Assembly: GCA_010356995.1 (NCBI GenBank)
Contig: ML996695.1
Coordinates: 815,061 to 879,060 of the forward strand
Length of the DNA stretch: 64,000 nucleotides
Source: Trichodelitschia bisporula
Taxonomy: Eukaryota
Direction of reading: 5' to 3'
Position 1 is the first letter of the stretch. Every line of letters starts with the position of its first letter. This document shows positions 1 to 13,711 of the stretch, in pieces. A program made the position numbers and the translations under genes. The notes under the pieces are model-generated. The model was given only the letters and a program-made list of their open reading frames with translations, searched no databases and was not told the DNA's origin.

Positions 1-60
1 AAATCGTATCGACGCCGTTAAATGCTCAACCGTCCAATCCATAAGCACAGTATCGTACAA

Positions 61-630
61 TCAATCCCAACTGCATCGCATGTCAGCCACGCTTCAGACA
101 TACAAATAATGACTTACCCCTGATCCTTTTGCCGGAAAATATCACCACTCTGTCCCTTCTGCTTTCCAGTCTTGCCGCCTTCGACTACTAACCTGTCAAG
201 CTGGTAGAACTGGCTTATGACCGTTTGCCGCTTTCGATGCGTCAGCACTGTCCTGTCGCCACTGTTTCGAAACCTCAGGGACACCGAGCTGCTGAGGGAT
301 TACGTGGGTTAGGTAGCAGAGCATACCTTAAGGACCTGTAGTTCCCTCAAACCCTTTTGCAACAGCTCTTGCCGTACCCGCTCATCAGTATCCTTTTGGT
401 GCTCCCGGAACGCATCTTTGGTCCTTCGCTTTGCGTACTCGCGAAAGTTGTACGAGGCAAACTGGTTCGACTGGCGCAAGAGCGATCGAAACTGGCGATT
501 GTTCAGTTAGCTATGTTCGTTTTTTGAGAAGCAAACGGCCGTAAGCAAGTGAAGCTTCGTTCCGGATGCGAAACGGTGGACGTACTAATGACCGCGCTTG
601 GAAAGCGAGGTCGCCCTGAATTGCTGCCAT
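61..630 (-). CDS. ISD11: LYR-family Fe-S cluster assembly protein (Nfs1 partner), 4 exons
   Basis: Not in ORF track. Manual splicing (exons approx. 630-586, 492-327, 230-118, 70-61) gives [46 protein letters not shown]...[27 protein letters not shown]...GWD*, a typical Isd11/LYRM4 sequence. Confidence 0.93.
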
Positions 631-1036
631 AGCAAGCCTTGAAGGGATTAAGGTCGTTGGTTTTCACTTGTGAAGTGGCGCATTTGAGCCTCCGATTCCG
701 CTGATGCGCGCGATGACTTCAGCGGAAAATTTGGCGGAGCGGGAAAACCCCGGCGAGCGTGCCGCTAGGGCTGCCGCCTAAGACGTCACCACAATGCTGA
801 GAACAGTATTTTGGGGAATTGGGACAGTATTCGCATGCTATTTAAGCGCGGAGAAAGCCCATTAACAACGTCCAAACAAACCCCATGCGGTATTAATCCC
901 ATGAACTCCGTACTGGACCAAGCAACACGTACGCCCGACTGATGCAAATGCTCTAATTTACATAGGCGAATCCTCATTGATCACCCTATTGTTGGTATTT
1001 CTGTTGAATCGCCCGAATCTGTTCCTCAAGATTCAT

Positions 1037-2561
1037 TCATTGCCCAGAAGGGGCGTTAGGCACCGCTCCCATGCCAGAGGCTGCCCGCTTTTGCCTCGCC
1101 TGCTCGTCCTCATTTAGAGGCTGGCCAGTAACTGCGTCAAAAACGTCGGTACGCTGCGACGCAAGCCGCTTGAGATTCTTCGCGACCTCATCTGTGGACA
1201 GGTTGGTGGTTGCCTGACGTTCTCGCTCCTTTTCCTTTTGCTTGCGCCAGTTTGGATCGAGAAGTTCAACTACAAACTATTAGCATGGAGAGTAGATTGC
1301 AAGGGAGTTGCTCACCCTTCATGTGTTGCTCGAGCTCGTCATATGGAATCTGCTGTTTGCAGTTAGGACATAATGCCATTTGGACATTCTTTCTCCGGGC
1401 CATAGCGCGTGGCACTGTCCCGCCCTCGCGAATGCGCATGGGGTTTGCTGCAGCTTTGGCCGCGGCCTGAGCTTGTTGCGCACGCTCGCGCTCCGCAGCA
1501 CGCTCACGAATACGGGCTTGCTCCTCTTCGTCTTGTGCCGACCTATATGCAAGCGGCTCTGGTTGTATTGGGCCTTGCGGGTACTGCCCTGCTGCCGGAG
1601 GTAGCTGAACAGGTGGCGCTGGCGTGGCATCGTAGTAGGGGTCATCGGCGGTAGGCATGGCCTCTTCTATCCGCATGTTGTGCGGCGCGAGGCTCATCAT
1701 TGCCTTCTGCTCAAGAGAGGCAGACTGCAAGTCCGAGAGGGATGTCGGAGGCGGAAGGTCGATGCTCTCATCCTCCTCGGTGAATACGATGGTGCCAACC
1801 ACAGAGAAGTCATGCCAGTCAATCTGAGCATACGCCATCTTTTCCGCCTCAACTTCCTCCTCCTTTTTGGCCTTTTGCATTTCCTGGTATTTGACCCACT
1901 CCGCCCGCTGCTTTGCGCGTCCCAGGAGGTGGAAGCGGTCGCAAACATTGCGCTCGAGTTCTGCGATGCGCGCCCGCTCTAGCTTTCCACCTTCAACTGT
2001 GCCACCATTCAGAAGCTCAGTGTACTGATCGATGAGACGAGTAAAGAACTGATAAAGGCTGTGTTGTGGTCGCAAAAAGTCAAACTGATAGTTGCCGGCT
2101 TCACGCTGCGAAAGCTGTGTCATCCACGAGCGACCATTTTTTGCGACAAAAAGCGCCGTGAGCTTGACGACGTCCAGGTCGAGCGCGCTGATATTGGGCA
2201 TGCGTGCAGAGAAGTGAAAATCTGGAGGAGGCTCAGGGCCCTTTGGCTTAGCCGGCTGGTTCGCTGCCGCTTCTCCAGCGCGACCAGCAGACACGGCCGT
2301 TCCACGTCCTTCTCGTATCTCAGAGAGGCGCCACTGATAGAACGGAAAGTATGCATCTTTGGGCCCGAGAAAGGAAAACTTGGGGTTGTTGAACTCCTTC
2401 TCGTGTATGCGCTCCTCGAAAGTCGCGCCGTTCCGTACAACGTAGCCGGCGGTCTTTTCGACGATGGCGCGGATGTCGCGCGGCGGGAGCACGACACCGG
2501 GCGGGGGCTTGCCTACGACCTCGTCGAGCTGAGCGGCAGGATCAACCGCAGCTGGAGCCAT
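1037..2561 (-). CDS. PRP21: Splicing factor 3A subunit 1 (two SURP/SWAP domains plus PRP21 domain)
   Basis: ATG 2561 (MAPAAVD). SURP motifs IVEKTAGYVVRNG...F.FL and VVKLTALFVAKNG...QFDFLRPQHSLYQFF, then AQIDWHDF and CPNCKQQIP. Intron approx. 1313-1265; exon 2 reads VELLDPNWRKQ... to TGA 1037-1039. The frame continues 16 more codons to TAG 986-988 (see findings). Confidence 0.93.
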
Positions 2562-3175
2562 GACGCGATAGAGTCGAGAAGATGACGCGTTGGGGGGAGG
2601 CGTTGGCGATGGATAGAGGGGACTGTAATGCGGTGCGGCCGTGATGTAAGGGCAGGAGGCACTGTGAATGAATATGCAGTAGAACGAACCGCGAAGTTGA
2701 GCCGCGAAGGACTTGGGAAGGCCCGTGCGCAAGGCAATCGGGGGGCGGAGCGGGAAACCAGGCCAGCGGGGGGTTGGCGGCTTGGCAATGCATCTGGAAG
2801 TTCAGGCTGCGTGTCATTATTATTTGGCGGAGACCCTGAGAGAGGGGACAGGAGACCAAATTTGGAACCCCTTAACTGGACGACTCCTCTCCTCCCTCTT
2901 TTCAACAACAGCTGAGAGATGTCGAAGGTGTTTGTTCTCCTACTCAATTGAAAAGAAGACTCCGTCATTCACGTGCCCTTCCTGCGGTTCGCGTCGATTC
3001 TTCTCCCGCAATATCTTCGCAGTTCCCGTTCAATTCACTTCTACCTCAGAATCCCATCTTTGCAGGTGGCTCGAGCGGCCGTATACAGCTTACCAGGCCA
3101 GGACACATGCCGACCTTCTAAACGCTCCACCCAAGCTCCCGAGACACAATAGCAAGCCATAAAACATCTTGCGCC

Positions 3176-6100
3176 ATGGCTTCCAAACGCGGAACCAGTC
3201 CCTACCTCAGCGACAAGCAACACCGACCTGCAAGCAGATCACCTTCTCGCACACGGAAACATAATGCTTCGTCCAAGAAGAAGAGCAAGCCCGCAGGCTA
3301 CACCTCGGAAGGCGTCCGGGACCACGACATATTCAATCTCCCAGGGTCGGATTGGCAACTGCTAGCCATCCTCGTCCTTGTCGGGTCCCTCGTGAGGCTG
3401 TTCAGGATATACCAACCCAGCAGCGTGGTTTTCGATGAAGTTCAGTGCGTGCCACCTTCTCCATTTTTGCTACCTGGGCTGACATTACTAGCTTCGGAGG
3501 CTTTGCCTCAAAATACATCAAGGGAAAGTTCTTCATGGACGTTCATCCTCCGCTGGCGAAGCTCCTCATCACACTGGCTGGCTGGCTTGCGGGATTTGAT
3601 GGCGAGTTTGACTTCAAGGACATTGGCAAGGACTACCTCGAGCCCGGCGTACCATATGTTTCTATGCGCCTACTCTCGGCAGTCTGTGGAATTCTGACTA
3701 TTCCAACCATCTTCTTGACGCTCAAAGCTGCGGGAAGCAGGACAACAACGGCTGCGCTCGGCGCTGGCCTTCTCATTTTCGGTACAGTTCTTTGCTCTGA
3801 TGCCCATTTACCGCGCTAATTGCCTTCCAGAGAATGGCCTCGTCACTCAGTCGCGTCTCATTCTGCTGGATTCGCCCTTGGTCATCTTCACCGCCCTCAC
3901 AACCTTGTCTTTCACTTGCTTCACCAACCAGCAGGAGCAGGGGCCCTCTAAAGCCTTTAAGCCCCTCTGGTGGTTCTGGCTTGCCGCCACGGGCCTCTTT
4001 CTGGGCGCAACGGTCAGCGTGAAATGGGTCGGCCTCTTCACCATTGCGTGGGTTGGCAGCCTTACGGTCGTACAGCTCTGGGTTCTCCTGGGCGACACCC
4101 AGACGGTCACATCCGTAAGCTAAATATATTGTGCCCTGGAAGCATTGCTAACCCGGACAGCGCCTATGGTTCAAACATTTGTTCGCACGCATCTTCTGTC
4201 TGATCGTCATCCCGGTCGCTTTTTACATGGCCATGTTTGCCATCCACTTCCTGTGCCTTGTCAACCCTGGAGAAGGCGATGGCTTCATGTCTTCCGAGTT
4301 CCAATCCACGCTGAACTCGAAGGCTATGCAAGATGTCCCAGTCGATGTGGCTTTCGGAAGCCGCGTTTCTCTTCGGCACTACAATACCCAAGGCGGGTAT
4401 CTTCATTCGCACAGCCACATGTACCCCACCGGAAGCAAGCAGCAGCAGATCACCCTGTATCCCCACAAGGATGATAACAACGTCTGGATTTTGGAGAACC
4501 AGACCATTCCGGAGATGGAACCAAAGCTGGAAGGCCCCAATGCCTGGGATAATCTGGACCCCACATTCATCAAAGATGGTGATGTCATTCGCCTTTACCA
4601 TCTTACTACTCACCGTAGACTGCATTCTCATGACCAGCGACCTCCTGTAACTGAGGCCGACTGGCAGCAAGAAGTGACCGCCTACGGTTACGAAGGGTTC
4701 GAAGGTGATGCAAACGATTACTTCCGCGTCGAGATCATTAAGTCTATGTCTGATGGCGCCAAGGCTAAGGAGCATCTCCGGACCATTGAAACGAAGTTTA
4801 AGCTGGTGCATATCATGTCTGGCTGTGTTCTCTTTTCCCATAAGGTCAAGCTCCCGGATTGGGGCTTTGAGCAGCAGGAGGTTACCTGTGCCAAGGGGGC
4901 CACTCTTCCCAACAGCGTCTGGTACATCGAGTCCAACGAGCATCCCAAATACGGTGAGGACGTCGAGGTTGTCAACTACAAGAAGCCAGGCTTCCTTGGC
5001 AAGTTCTGGGAGCTCCAGAAGGTCATGTGGAAGACGAATGCTGGTCTGGTTGAATCACACGCTTGGGACTCTCGCCCGTCGTCATGGCCAATCTTGCGTC
5101 GTGGTATCAATTTCTGGGGCAAAGATCACCGTCAGATCTATCTCATCGGTAACCCTGTCGTCTGGTGGACTTCGACGCTCGCGATCGTCCTGTATGTTGC
5201 CATCAAGGGCCTGGCGGTTCTTCGCTGGCAGCGTGGGTTCGAGGACTACAGGTACATTCCGTTCAAGCGCTTCGATTATGAAGTCGGCACTATGGTGCTC
5301 GGGTGGGCGCTTCATTACTTCCCCTTCTTCCTGATGGCACGACAGCTCTTCCTCCACCATTACTTCCCGGCCCTATATTTTGCCATCATCGCGCTCTGCC
5401 AGACCTTCGACTTCGTCTTCTCGCGCTTTGGTTTGGGGTTGCGTGAGCGTCCCGCCATCGGACAGGCTGCCGCAGTCATCTTCCTCTCGGTTGCCATATT
5501 TGCCTATACGCTCTACGCACCTCTTGCTTACGGCAACGCCTGGACGCAAGCTGAGTGCAAAAAGGTCAAGCTACTGCCCAACTGGGACTGGGACTGCCAC
5601 AATTTCTACCAGTCTTACGATCAGTATGCCCATGAGACCACGGGCGGTGGTTCTGTGGTTCCAACCTCCGCGGCGCCGGCACCTCCGGGTGTCGAGCCCC
5701 TGCAGCCTGACGCAGCGGTTACTCCTCAGGCGGCTGGCAACCCCATTCCGGTCGCTGAAGGTCCAGTTGTCGCCCGTGAGCAGCGACTGGAGTATCGGGA
5801 TGAGTTTGGCAACATTTTGAACGAAGAACAGGTTGAGGAACTGAAAGGCAAGGTCAAGTTCGAGGTAAGCTTCAACCCAGAAATGCTATCTGTTCGCCCC
5901 TAACCGTGGCACTAGACGCGCTATGAGACTCGCACCCGTATCATTGATGTCGATGGCAACGAGCTTTACGAGGGCCCGGTCGGCTCCATGCCTCCGGAGT
6001 ACGCGCCGCCCCCGCATCCTGAATCCGAGGGCTTGAACCCAGAGACTGGTGATGGCCAAGAGGTTGAGGTGTCAGATTATCCGGCAAGTGCGGATGCAGA

Positions 6101-6221
6101 CGATGATCTGGTCAAAGAGCAGATGGTGGAAGAGAGTGAAGTGACAGCTGAGCCCAGTGCTCAGGCTTACGAACCTGTAATCACAGGCGAGGAGTCGAGC
6201 GAGGCTACGAGCGAGGCTTAG
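3176..6221 (+). CDS. PMT1: Dolichyl-phosphate-mannose:protein O-mannosyltransferase (GT39), Pmt1-type, 5 exons
   Basis: VVFDEVHFGGFASKY, FFMDVHPPLAKL, SVKWVGLFT, MIR repeats (GGYLHSHSHMYPTGSKQQQITLY), RQLFLHHYFPALYF. Introns approx. 3446-3490, 3782-3830, 4114-4160, 5865-5915. Confidence 0.93.
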
Positions 6222-6735
6222 TTCGAGGTTATGATTTTAATTTCCTTTGCCTTGCATTGAGGAGCTTTTTACCCGGTGTTATTGTTGTAGGATAGGTGGT
6301 ATATGCTTATCGGGGCGCGAACGGATATGGTGTGCCAAAAGGCTGATGGGTCCCTAATTCGCATATGCTAGACAAAAGCTCTGAGAAACGCTCATCTCCT
6401 GTGGTCTTGCTCAGCCGCCTCGACTTGCGGAATTGCCGTGAAATGGACGTGGTACTAGTTTACATGCCTCTAACGTCACATTTAAATAGACGAAACGAGG
6501 TAAAGATCACGCGAGGTAGCAAACAGAAGCAATCAAAAGAATGCCATAACGCCAGTTTGTGTGCGCAATGCGACTTTTATCGAAGATATCCCTCTTCTAT
6601 CCGCTCGGCGATTCCTGCCGAGAGACGCCATCCCGTAGAGCACATGTTCATCGTGTCCATCACTCAAGTAGTGACACAGGAAAATAAAGTGTCAACCCGC
6701 ATCCGTAACTGTTTCAGAATGCCATCGTCCACCCT

Positions 6736-7215
6736 CTACTTTCGCCGAAAGGAGCAGCCCTCGGTCAGGCGCGCCTTGCCACCGGTAGGCTGGCATAGAA
6801 CTTGCGAACACCCATTGCAGACGACGACAGTCTGTGCATGGGAGAACACCGTGGTGATGTTGAAGCACCCAGGACACTTCACGTCCATGAAAAATGAACG
6901 GGGTCCAGGGACGAGCGTCTAATAATTTCAGCTAATGACGTCGTCAGATGCATTGTTGCTGACCTTGAGCTTGTGCTTCTTTGCCTCGGCCTGAGGGGTG
7001 GGATTGAGGAGATCAACAGCGAGAACCTATGACGCGGTAACGTTAGCCATTGCACTTGTTTCATTGCATGATATCCATCCGCCCAGTGCATCGTATGCCT
7101 AGGCAGGCTCATGGCCACGGAAGAAGCGGTGCGATGCATCGATCTCAGGCCACGAAGCTGTCGTGTGCCTCAAGCGCCACCGAGGATGCGGGGAGGGGAG
7201 AGCGGTAATCACCAT
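6736..7215 (-). CDS. RPS27: 40S ribosomal protein eS27, 3 exons
   Basis: Not in ORF track. ATG-only first coding exon 7215-7213, exon 7026-6964 and exon 6918-6736 give [82 protein letters not shown]. Confidence 0.97.
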
Positions 7216-7798
7216 TTTGGCGGGTTATAAGGTTTCTTTGAAGATTCGTTGTACTGCTGAAGAGGGGTTTGGCTATCGAAGGGTCGTTGATAGGGTGAAA
7301 TGAGGGGCTTGCGGATGGTGGGTATGAAGTTGACAGAAGTTTTCCGGGTGGGTGTGGCGCGCGGAATAACAGCTCAGTGTGGAGTTTGCTCGCTAGAACG
7401 CTTTGGGACACTCCAGGCATCAAACCCCACGGGCTAGGAAAAATAAAAAGGCCCGAGCGCCCAAGCGCCACCCGAAAAGGTCATGACCGCTCCCGTTCGC
7501 AAAGACGCCAGGCAGGGGCCACGATTTTCAGGAGACCGTTGGAACATACACTGGGATTGTTGGAACTTCCGAGACTGAAAGAAAATGCACCAATTAATCA
7601 CGAGTTGGCATTCAATGCTCTGATGACCTTCTTCTCCGTCGTGGAAGAGCTCTTCGAGAACGTCGCGACCATACGCACAGGTGAATCCCCAGGCACGACA
7701 ACGTTAACAACAGTGCTCCGAACATTGGGGGTATACGATTGCGAATACCGTCAAATACAATGACCCCAGAAAATCCAAAACGCGCTCAAAGACAACAA

Positions 7799-10609
7799 TT
7801 ACGGCTTCTGTACCGTTCTGCCAATCAATGGCACAGGCTTGGGATCATCGGTTCTGAGCCAGTTCCCATTGAACGCATTCACCAGCCAGTTGGTGAGTTC
7901 TGGGTCATGTCAGTGCAAGTTCCATTGATGCAGGGGGAATGAGTAACATACTATCATAGACAATTCTGTTGGCATTGTGAAAGTAAATGCCATGATCAGA
8001 GTCCGGAAATATGTGCACATCGTAATTTTCAACGCCGGCCAGGTCCAACTTATCGAGAAGAGTGTATGTACTTTGGGTGTGAACATTGTCATCGGCGACG
8101 CCGTGCATGACTAGGAAGCGTACGTTCTTCCCCAAAGACTCGACGTCGGAAATAGAGGTGTTGTCGTACCCAACGGGATTGTCCTGAGGTGTGAACATGT
8201 AGCGCTCAGTGTAGATTGAATCTGGTATGATTAGTGGATATACGAAAAGTAGACGATGTTAATACCGTAGAACCGCCAGTCTGTCACTGGCGCAACAGCC
8301 ATACCATACTTGAAAGTCTGGCCAGCGTCCCTCTCTAAGGTTTTGAGTGTCATGAAGCCTCCGTAACTCCAGCCCCAGATGGCCATACGGTCTTCATCGA
8401 CATACTTCTTCTTCGCCCATATCTTTGCTGCAGCAATCTGATCGGTAGATTCCCAGTAGCCAATGTTTCCTCGAATCACACACCGCGTCTTGCGGCCGCG
8501 GAAGCCAGTCCCACGTCCATCAACAGTCACAACAATGTATCCCAGCCCCGAAGCAACAAACGCTTGGTAGTCCACGGTGAATCGTTTGTCGACAGACTGC
8601 GAGCCGGGACCTTGGTACATCCAGAACAGGACTGGATACTTCTTTTTCGGGTCGAAATGCGGAGGCCTACGCTCCAGAACATTCAATTCGAATCCGTCAA
8701 TAGTGATTGTTGAATAAATCTCGATGGGAAGCTCGTGCTTTGCCGCAAAGCTTTTGAGACCCTGGTTATCCTCCACCGTGCTTTCGTAGTCTGAGCCGCT
8801 TCCTGGCATGCTGAGCACTTTCTGCCATGGCACGTTCGGACCATTGTAGGTAAGCAATGCGAAATTAGCCCCCTTGGAAAAGGAAACGTCGTAAAAGCCT
8901 TCCTTAGAAGTGTTCGTGACTGCCTCAAGACCCGTCCCGTCGAGCTTGACGCGATAGACGTGGCGCTGCGTGGAGCCCTCCTTGGTTGCGACAAAGTAGA
9001 CTTGGTTTTTCTTAAGGTCCACAGCCGACGGTGCGTTGACAACCTCCCAGTCTCCTTTTGTCAGCATGATTGGGTTGGGATTGTCTAGGGGAGTAAAGTA
9101 GGCCAAATGGTCATATCCCTGGTAGATGACCGTGTCAATGTAACCGGCATGTATACGGCCGCTGACAGGATCTGCGGGAATGTATGTCGTAAACTCAGAA
9201 ACCTCAAACCATCCACCATCAAGAGCTTTGACATCATCTTCCCTGATGGTGCGACCGCTGCGCCGTTCGACGTCCATGAGGACTACCTTCAAAACATCGC
9301 TCACCCGGTTGGTTTCCCGTATCAAAACCTTCCGGTCTGCCCAAACCACTTCGGTAATGAGCCTGTCGGGATCGGCGAAATCGTCTTTGATATCGAGAGA
9401 GAAAACTTCCTCCTTTGCTACGTCATAGAACTGGAGGTTCACGACGGGATTCGACGCTCCGGCCTTGGGGTACTTGATATCGCGCACCTCGGGGTAGTTC
9501 TCCTCACCAGGCTTGGGCTGCTTTCCGCTTGGTCTCGACACGAAGTACTGGACTGGATATGTGGGGACTTCAGATTCGTTCGTCCTAAGGAAGGCAATGT
9601 ACTTCCCATCTTCGGACCACCAGGTGGCGCTGTTTCCAGAGAAGACTTCCTCTTCATACACCCAGTCAGGAACGCCGTAGAAAAGCTCCGAGCCCCCATC
9701 TTTGGTGATTTGCAGCACAGTCGCTTGAGAATCCAGTTTGCGCAAGTACATGTTGTTGTGCCGAGTGAAGACAATGGCATCCGACTGCGGTGACCACGAC
9801 GCCAGTTGTACCCGGTCATCCACATGAGCCCCATCCAACGGCTCTGCAGTCTGAGTTGCCACATCAAAGATCCAATATTTGCCAGTAAACGAGTGCCTCC
9901 AGTTCGATTGAATGTCGGAGAGTACGAGAACTTTACGAAGGTCAGGGCTTGGCCAGACTTTGTTCGGAATGATGTATCTGCTCCCAACGTTGAACCCGCT
10001 TTCGACCATGAGCACCCTCGCCGAAGACGAAGTACCGGCGTCTCGCTCTCTGACGTCCTCCACTACCAGATAGCCTCCCTTCTTTTTGCTGTCGCGCTCC
10101 AGCAGAAGTCCGTCCTCACCTTGGGGACCAGAGATCCATGAGATTTCATGCCGTCTCGGTCGCCATGCGCCGCGGAGAACCTGATCCAACGTCACTTTTG
10201 CGCCTGAGCCTCTTGATGCAGTTGCCGCAGGGTCGTGAACTTTCGTCGAAGAGTGCTTGTAGTCGCCGCGGATGATGAACAATGCGGCTGCAAGACCCCA
10301 GCCTACGAAGCAGAGAACCCCCACGAGCCATAGAACCCGCTTGAATTTTCTATCCGCTGGCCGCTGCAGGTAGTATGCCGCCTCCTCCTCGAACCCATCG
10401 CGTCCGTCAGTGTTTTCCGAGCGCGCGTCGGTGTACTGCTGCCCTTGGGGTTTCGATGCTTCAGCGAGTTGGTCAAGGATGAAGGATTCAGCGAGAGATG
10501 TAGTCGCCGAGGACATGGAATCGCGTCCCCCATCGTCGAAAGCTAGGCCTGACTTCTCTCCGGTGAGAGGTTGCGTCTCCTCCGCGTCGACGCGGCGGCT
10601 CGGCGTCAT
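7799..10609 (-). CDS. dapB: Dipeptidyl aminopeptidase B (S9B, DPP-IV family, type II membrane protein)
   Basis: N-terminal TM helix, DWVYEEE, catalytic [21 protein letters not shown]. Two short 3' introns (approx. 8264-8223 and near 7951-7900); stop TAA 7799-7801. Confidence 0.93.
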
Positions 10610-11840
10610 AGTGAGATGGGGTTATTCGACTCGGTGAAGCGTATGGGCGATAACCATAGCGATGCTTCTTTCGAAGACTGTTGAAAAACACTTGCAAACT
10701 TGATGGATGCGTTCAAGTGCCAGAATTCATCTTCAGAATGGGAACTTGGAGAGTTGATTCAGACAACGTTGCGCCCGAGCTCCGGTCCAGATTTCGCCAA
10801 GCCCGATGCGACACGCATACCCTACTGGCTGGGAGTCTTTGTCCGGACTATCAAGCGGTACAACGTACCGTAAATGCGGACATCTGGTCTTCCGAGCACA
10901 CTCAACATGATATCAGCAGGCACTCAGACCATAGCCAATACTTCCCCCGCTCGGCTTTGTAGGAGATACTTTACGCAGTACATCCGTAGTTAAGGCCTCT
11001 CATCCTATCCTGTCCACTCCAGCTTCAGCCTTGACATGAGGCTAACTCCCGCCACATCGCGCCATCCCCGCTTGTATTCGCGCAGCCTTGCGCCTTGCGG
11101 ACGGTCGCCTACTTATATATAGTCTGGGAAGGTGGGAAAGGTAAGACAGTTTCAAATCTTTTAATGTGGCGGTATCAGCGACTGGGCGATATGGACGACA
11201 TGGAACGAAGAGGGGATAGGGATGAAACCGGGAGTGGAACTGGATGGAGAGGGAAGGCTAGAAAGAGTATCGGTGTGAGTTTTTGGGCGTTGGATGGGTT
11301 GGCAGTGCAGCGGGCGTGGGCTGTGTGGATGCTTGTTTAGGTGGGTTTGACGATGTCGATCTTGGGAGTTGCTCATGGTTCAGGCTCACCTGCGCGGGAT
11401 AACAACATCACGGTTGCTGAGGTACCCGAGCGGCCTCTGTATATGCCACGCTGACCGAGTTTCCAGGCCGGCCGCGGACCGGATATGTACTATGCATTGG
11501 ATATGCGCGCCACGGGCCCACACTAGCCGGCCTCGCCCCCCTCTTGATGCCGGTATGCCACATTTATGGCACCCTCGAAGTGGAGGGTGGTAGCATCAGA
11601 ATGGGACCGGTCATCAAGTTGACTTGTGTATCAGGATCTTAGCGGATGTTGAGAGTAGAGCACTTCATGCCTGGCTTGTGAGAATGCAGTGTAAATGGGG
11701 TATCGTTTGCTCTATGCCTAGTCGGCAGAGGATATCTATCTCATATTCGCCGTCCATCAAACAATCATCAGCTGACGGCATCGCCGGCCATAAGCCACTC
11801 GCTCCACAACTCCGTCAACATCTAGCGGCGCAAGGCTGAA

Positions 11841-13711
11841 TTAATGGGCAAAGCGGAAATCCAGTCGCTTGTTGCCCTTATCCTTGGTGGTGGAGAGGTA
11901 ATGCTCCTTTTGCTCGGTAGTCATAGCGTCCCACTTCGCTGCGCGTTTCCTGGGTACAGCATTAGCAATGAAATTTTTTCTGCGACTCGATACTACTCAC
12001 TTGTTGACGGAGGTGTAGAAGTATTTGGCAAAGATGAATAGGAAGATATTGTACACACAGAGTGCAATCAGGACCTTGTTGCCTCGGCGGTACATGGGCT
12101 TGTCGTCGTTGCGGTAAATCTGACTCGGTTAGCAATCATGCACATCAGCAGGCGGGCGAGGAAGCTCACATTTTGGCCAACAATGTTAGACGCCTGCACG
12201 CACATGTTGTAAAAGGCGCTGGCGATCGTTCTAGTACGCACCGTACCGGCATTGCGACTCGTGATAGCCACCAAGATGGCGTGGATGTACGGATGACCGA
12301 CAACCATCACGCTAAGCGCGTACTTGACCCAGTGGCTAGTATTGGCGGGAATGAGGAGCAGAGCAACAAGCAACGGCAGTGTCCACAACTGGCCCGCCAC
12401 TCCGAGAAGGAAGCGGTCATTGATTTTCTCTGAGAACCACGTCCAGACAAGCAGCTGAATGATGAAGAGCACGTAGGCAGGAATAGTGAGCAGATTCGTC
12501 TCGAAGGTGTTGAATCCCATGGAACGCAGCTGCAGCGTCAGATAGGCACTGACCGGCTGGTTGGGAATCAGCCACGATAGCCCGATCAGGTAGATCGGCC
12601 ACATGTGCCAGTCCATCAGGCCGTCCCAGAACATGCGGAACGAGATGGCTTGCCGATTATGCATGTCGCCTTTGGAGGGATCGTCACGCAGTACACGATT
12701 AACCATGATCTTTTCTTCGCGCTCGGTGAACCAGCCTTTCTTGCCACGGAACACGGATGCCGTCTGGCAGGGCGAGGGTGGCAGGTAGAAGTAAGAGATA
12801 ATGCCGATAAGGCCCGTCAGGGTGCCCTCGAGCGCGAAGAGCCAGCGCCAGCCGGACATGCCGTTGATGCCGCGCATGTGCAGGATGCCGTAGGCGAAAA
12901 AGGCAGACCAGATTTGAGTTGATTGGTACGAGACCCAGAACCAAGACAGACGCCCGGGCAGCTCGGAGCTAGTGTAGAAGTAGGAGAGGTAGAGGATGTT
13001 GTCGGGGATGAAGCCGCCTTTGCGAGTTAGCCAGAGCCAGGAAGTCAGACGATCTTGCTCACCCTCAATGAGGCCCAAAAGGCAACGAGTGATGTAGAAG
13101 GAGGTGCGCCCGCTCAGGAACGCCTGAAAGCTGGCAACCAAACTCCATGAAACCATCTGGACAGGAATCCATCGATCCGGACCAAGGCGCTTCGAGATCA
13201 ACTGGGACGGGATCTCGGCGAACAAAAAGCTGACATAGAAGATAGTCTGGCCAGTGTTGTAGTCATTCGTGTTCAGTTTCAAGTCACCAAGCATGTTATC
13301 TGACAGAGCTTGGGAGATGTTGCCGCGATCAAGCTGCAGAGCGAAGAACATCAAGCACACCCAGGTGCAGATCCTCCAGTCAATCTGCTCTTTTTAGGAT
13401 GCAACTCCCGTTCTCGATTCAAGACTTACTGTGCGGACAACCTTCTTCTCCTCCTCCATCGTCCATGTGAAGTCGGGGTCGAAGCGATGGAAGCCCTCAT
13501 AAGCTTCGATGGGCTTGTAATAAGCTCCGAGCCCAGAGGAGTCAAAGGTCTTGGTGGTAGCATAAGCAACGGGCTTCCCCTCGTCGAAAAACCTCTCGGC
13601 TGACAACTTGGGGTCGGTTGGAGTTGAAGTCATCGTTGCGGTTAGCAAACCAGAGTTCTCGTCGAAATCGGCCTCGTCAAGATCAGCCTCGTCGTGAGAG
13701 TTGCCCCCCAT
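11841..13711 (-). CDS. MFS transporter, allantoate/anion:cation symporter (Dal5-like) family, likely sulfonate/sulfur-compound uptake
   Basis: QLDRGNISQA, EIPSQLISKRLGP, GWRWLFALEG, RVLRDDPSKGDMHNRQ, IYRNDDKPMYRRGN, C-terminal GNKRLDFRFAH* (TAA 11841-11843). Several introns. Confidence 0.9.

Noticed and set aside
6365..6922. 185-aa plus-strand ORF
   Set aside because: Antisense to RPS27 and its 3' UTR; no recognisable motifs.
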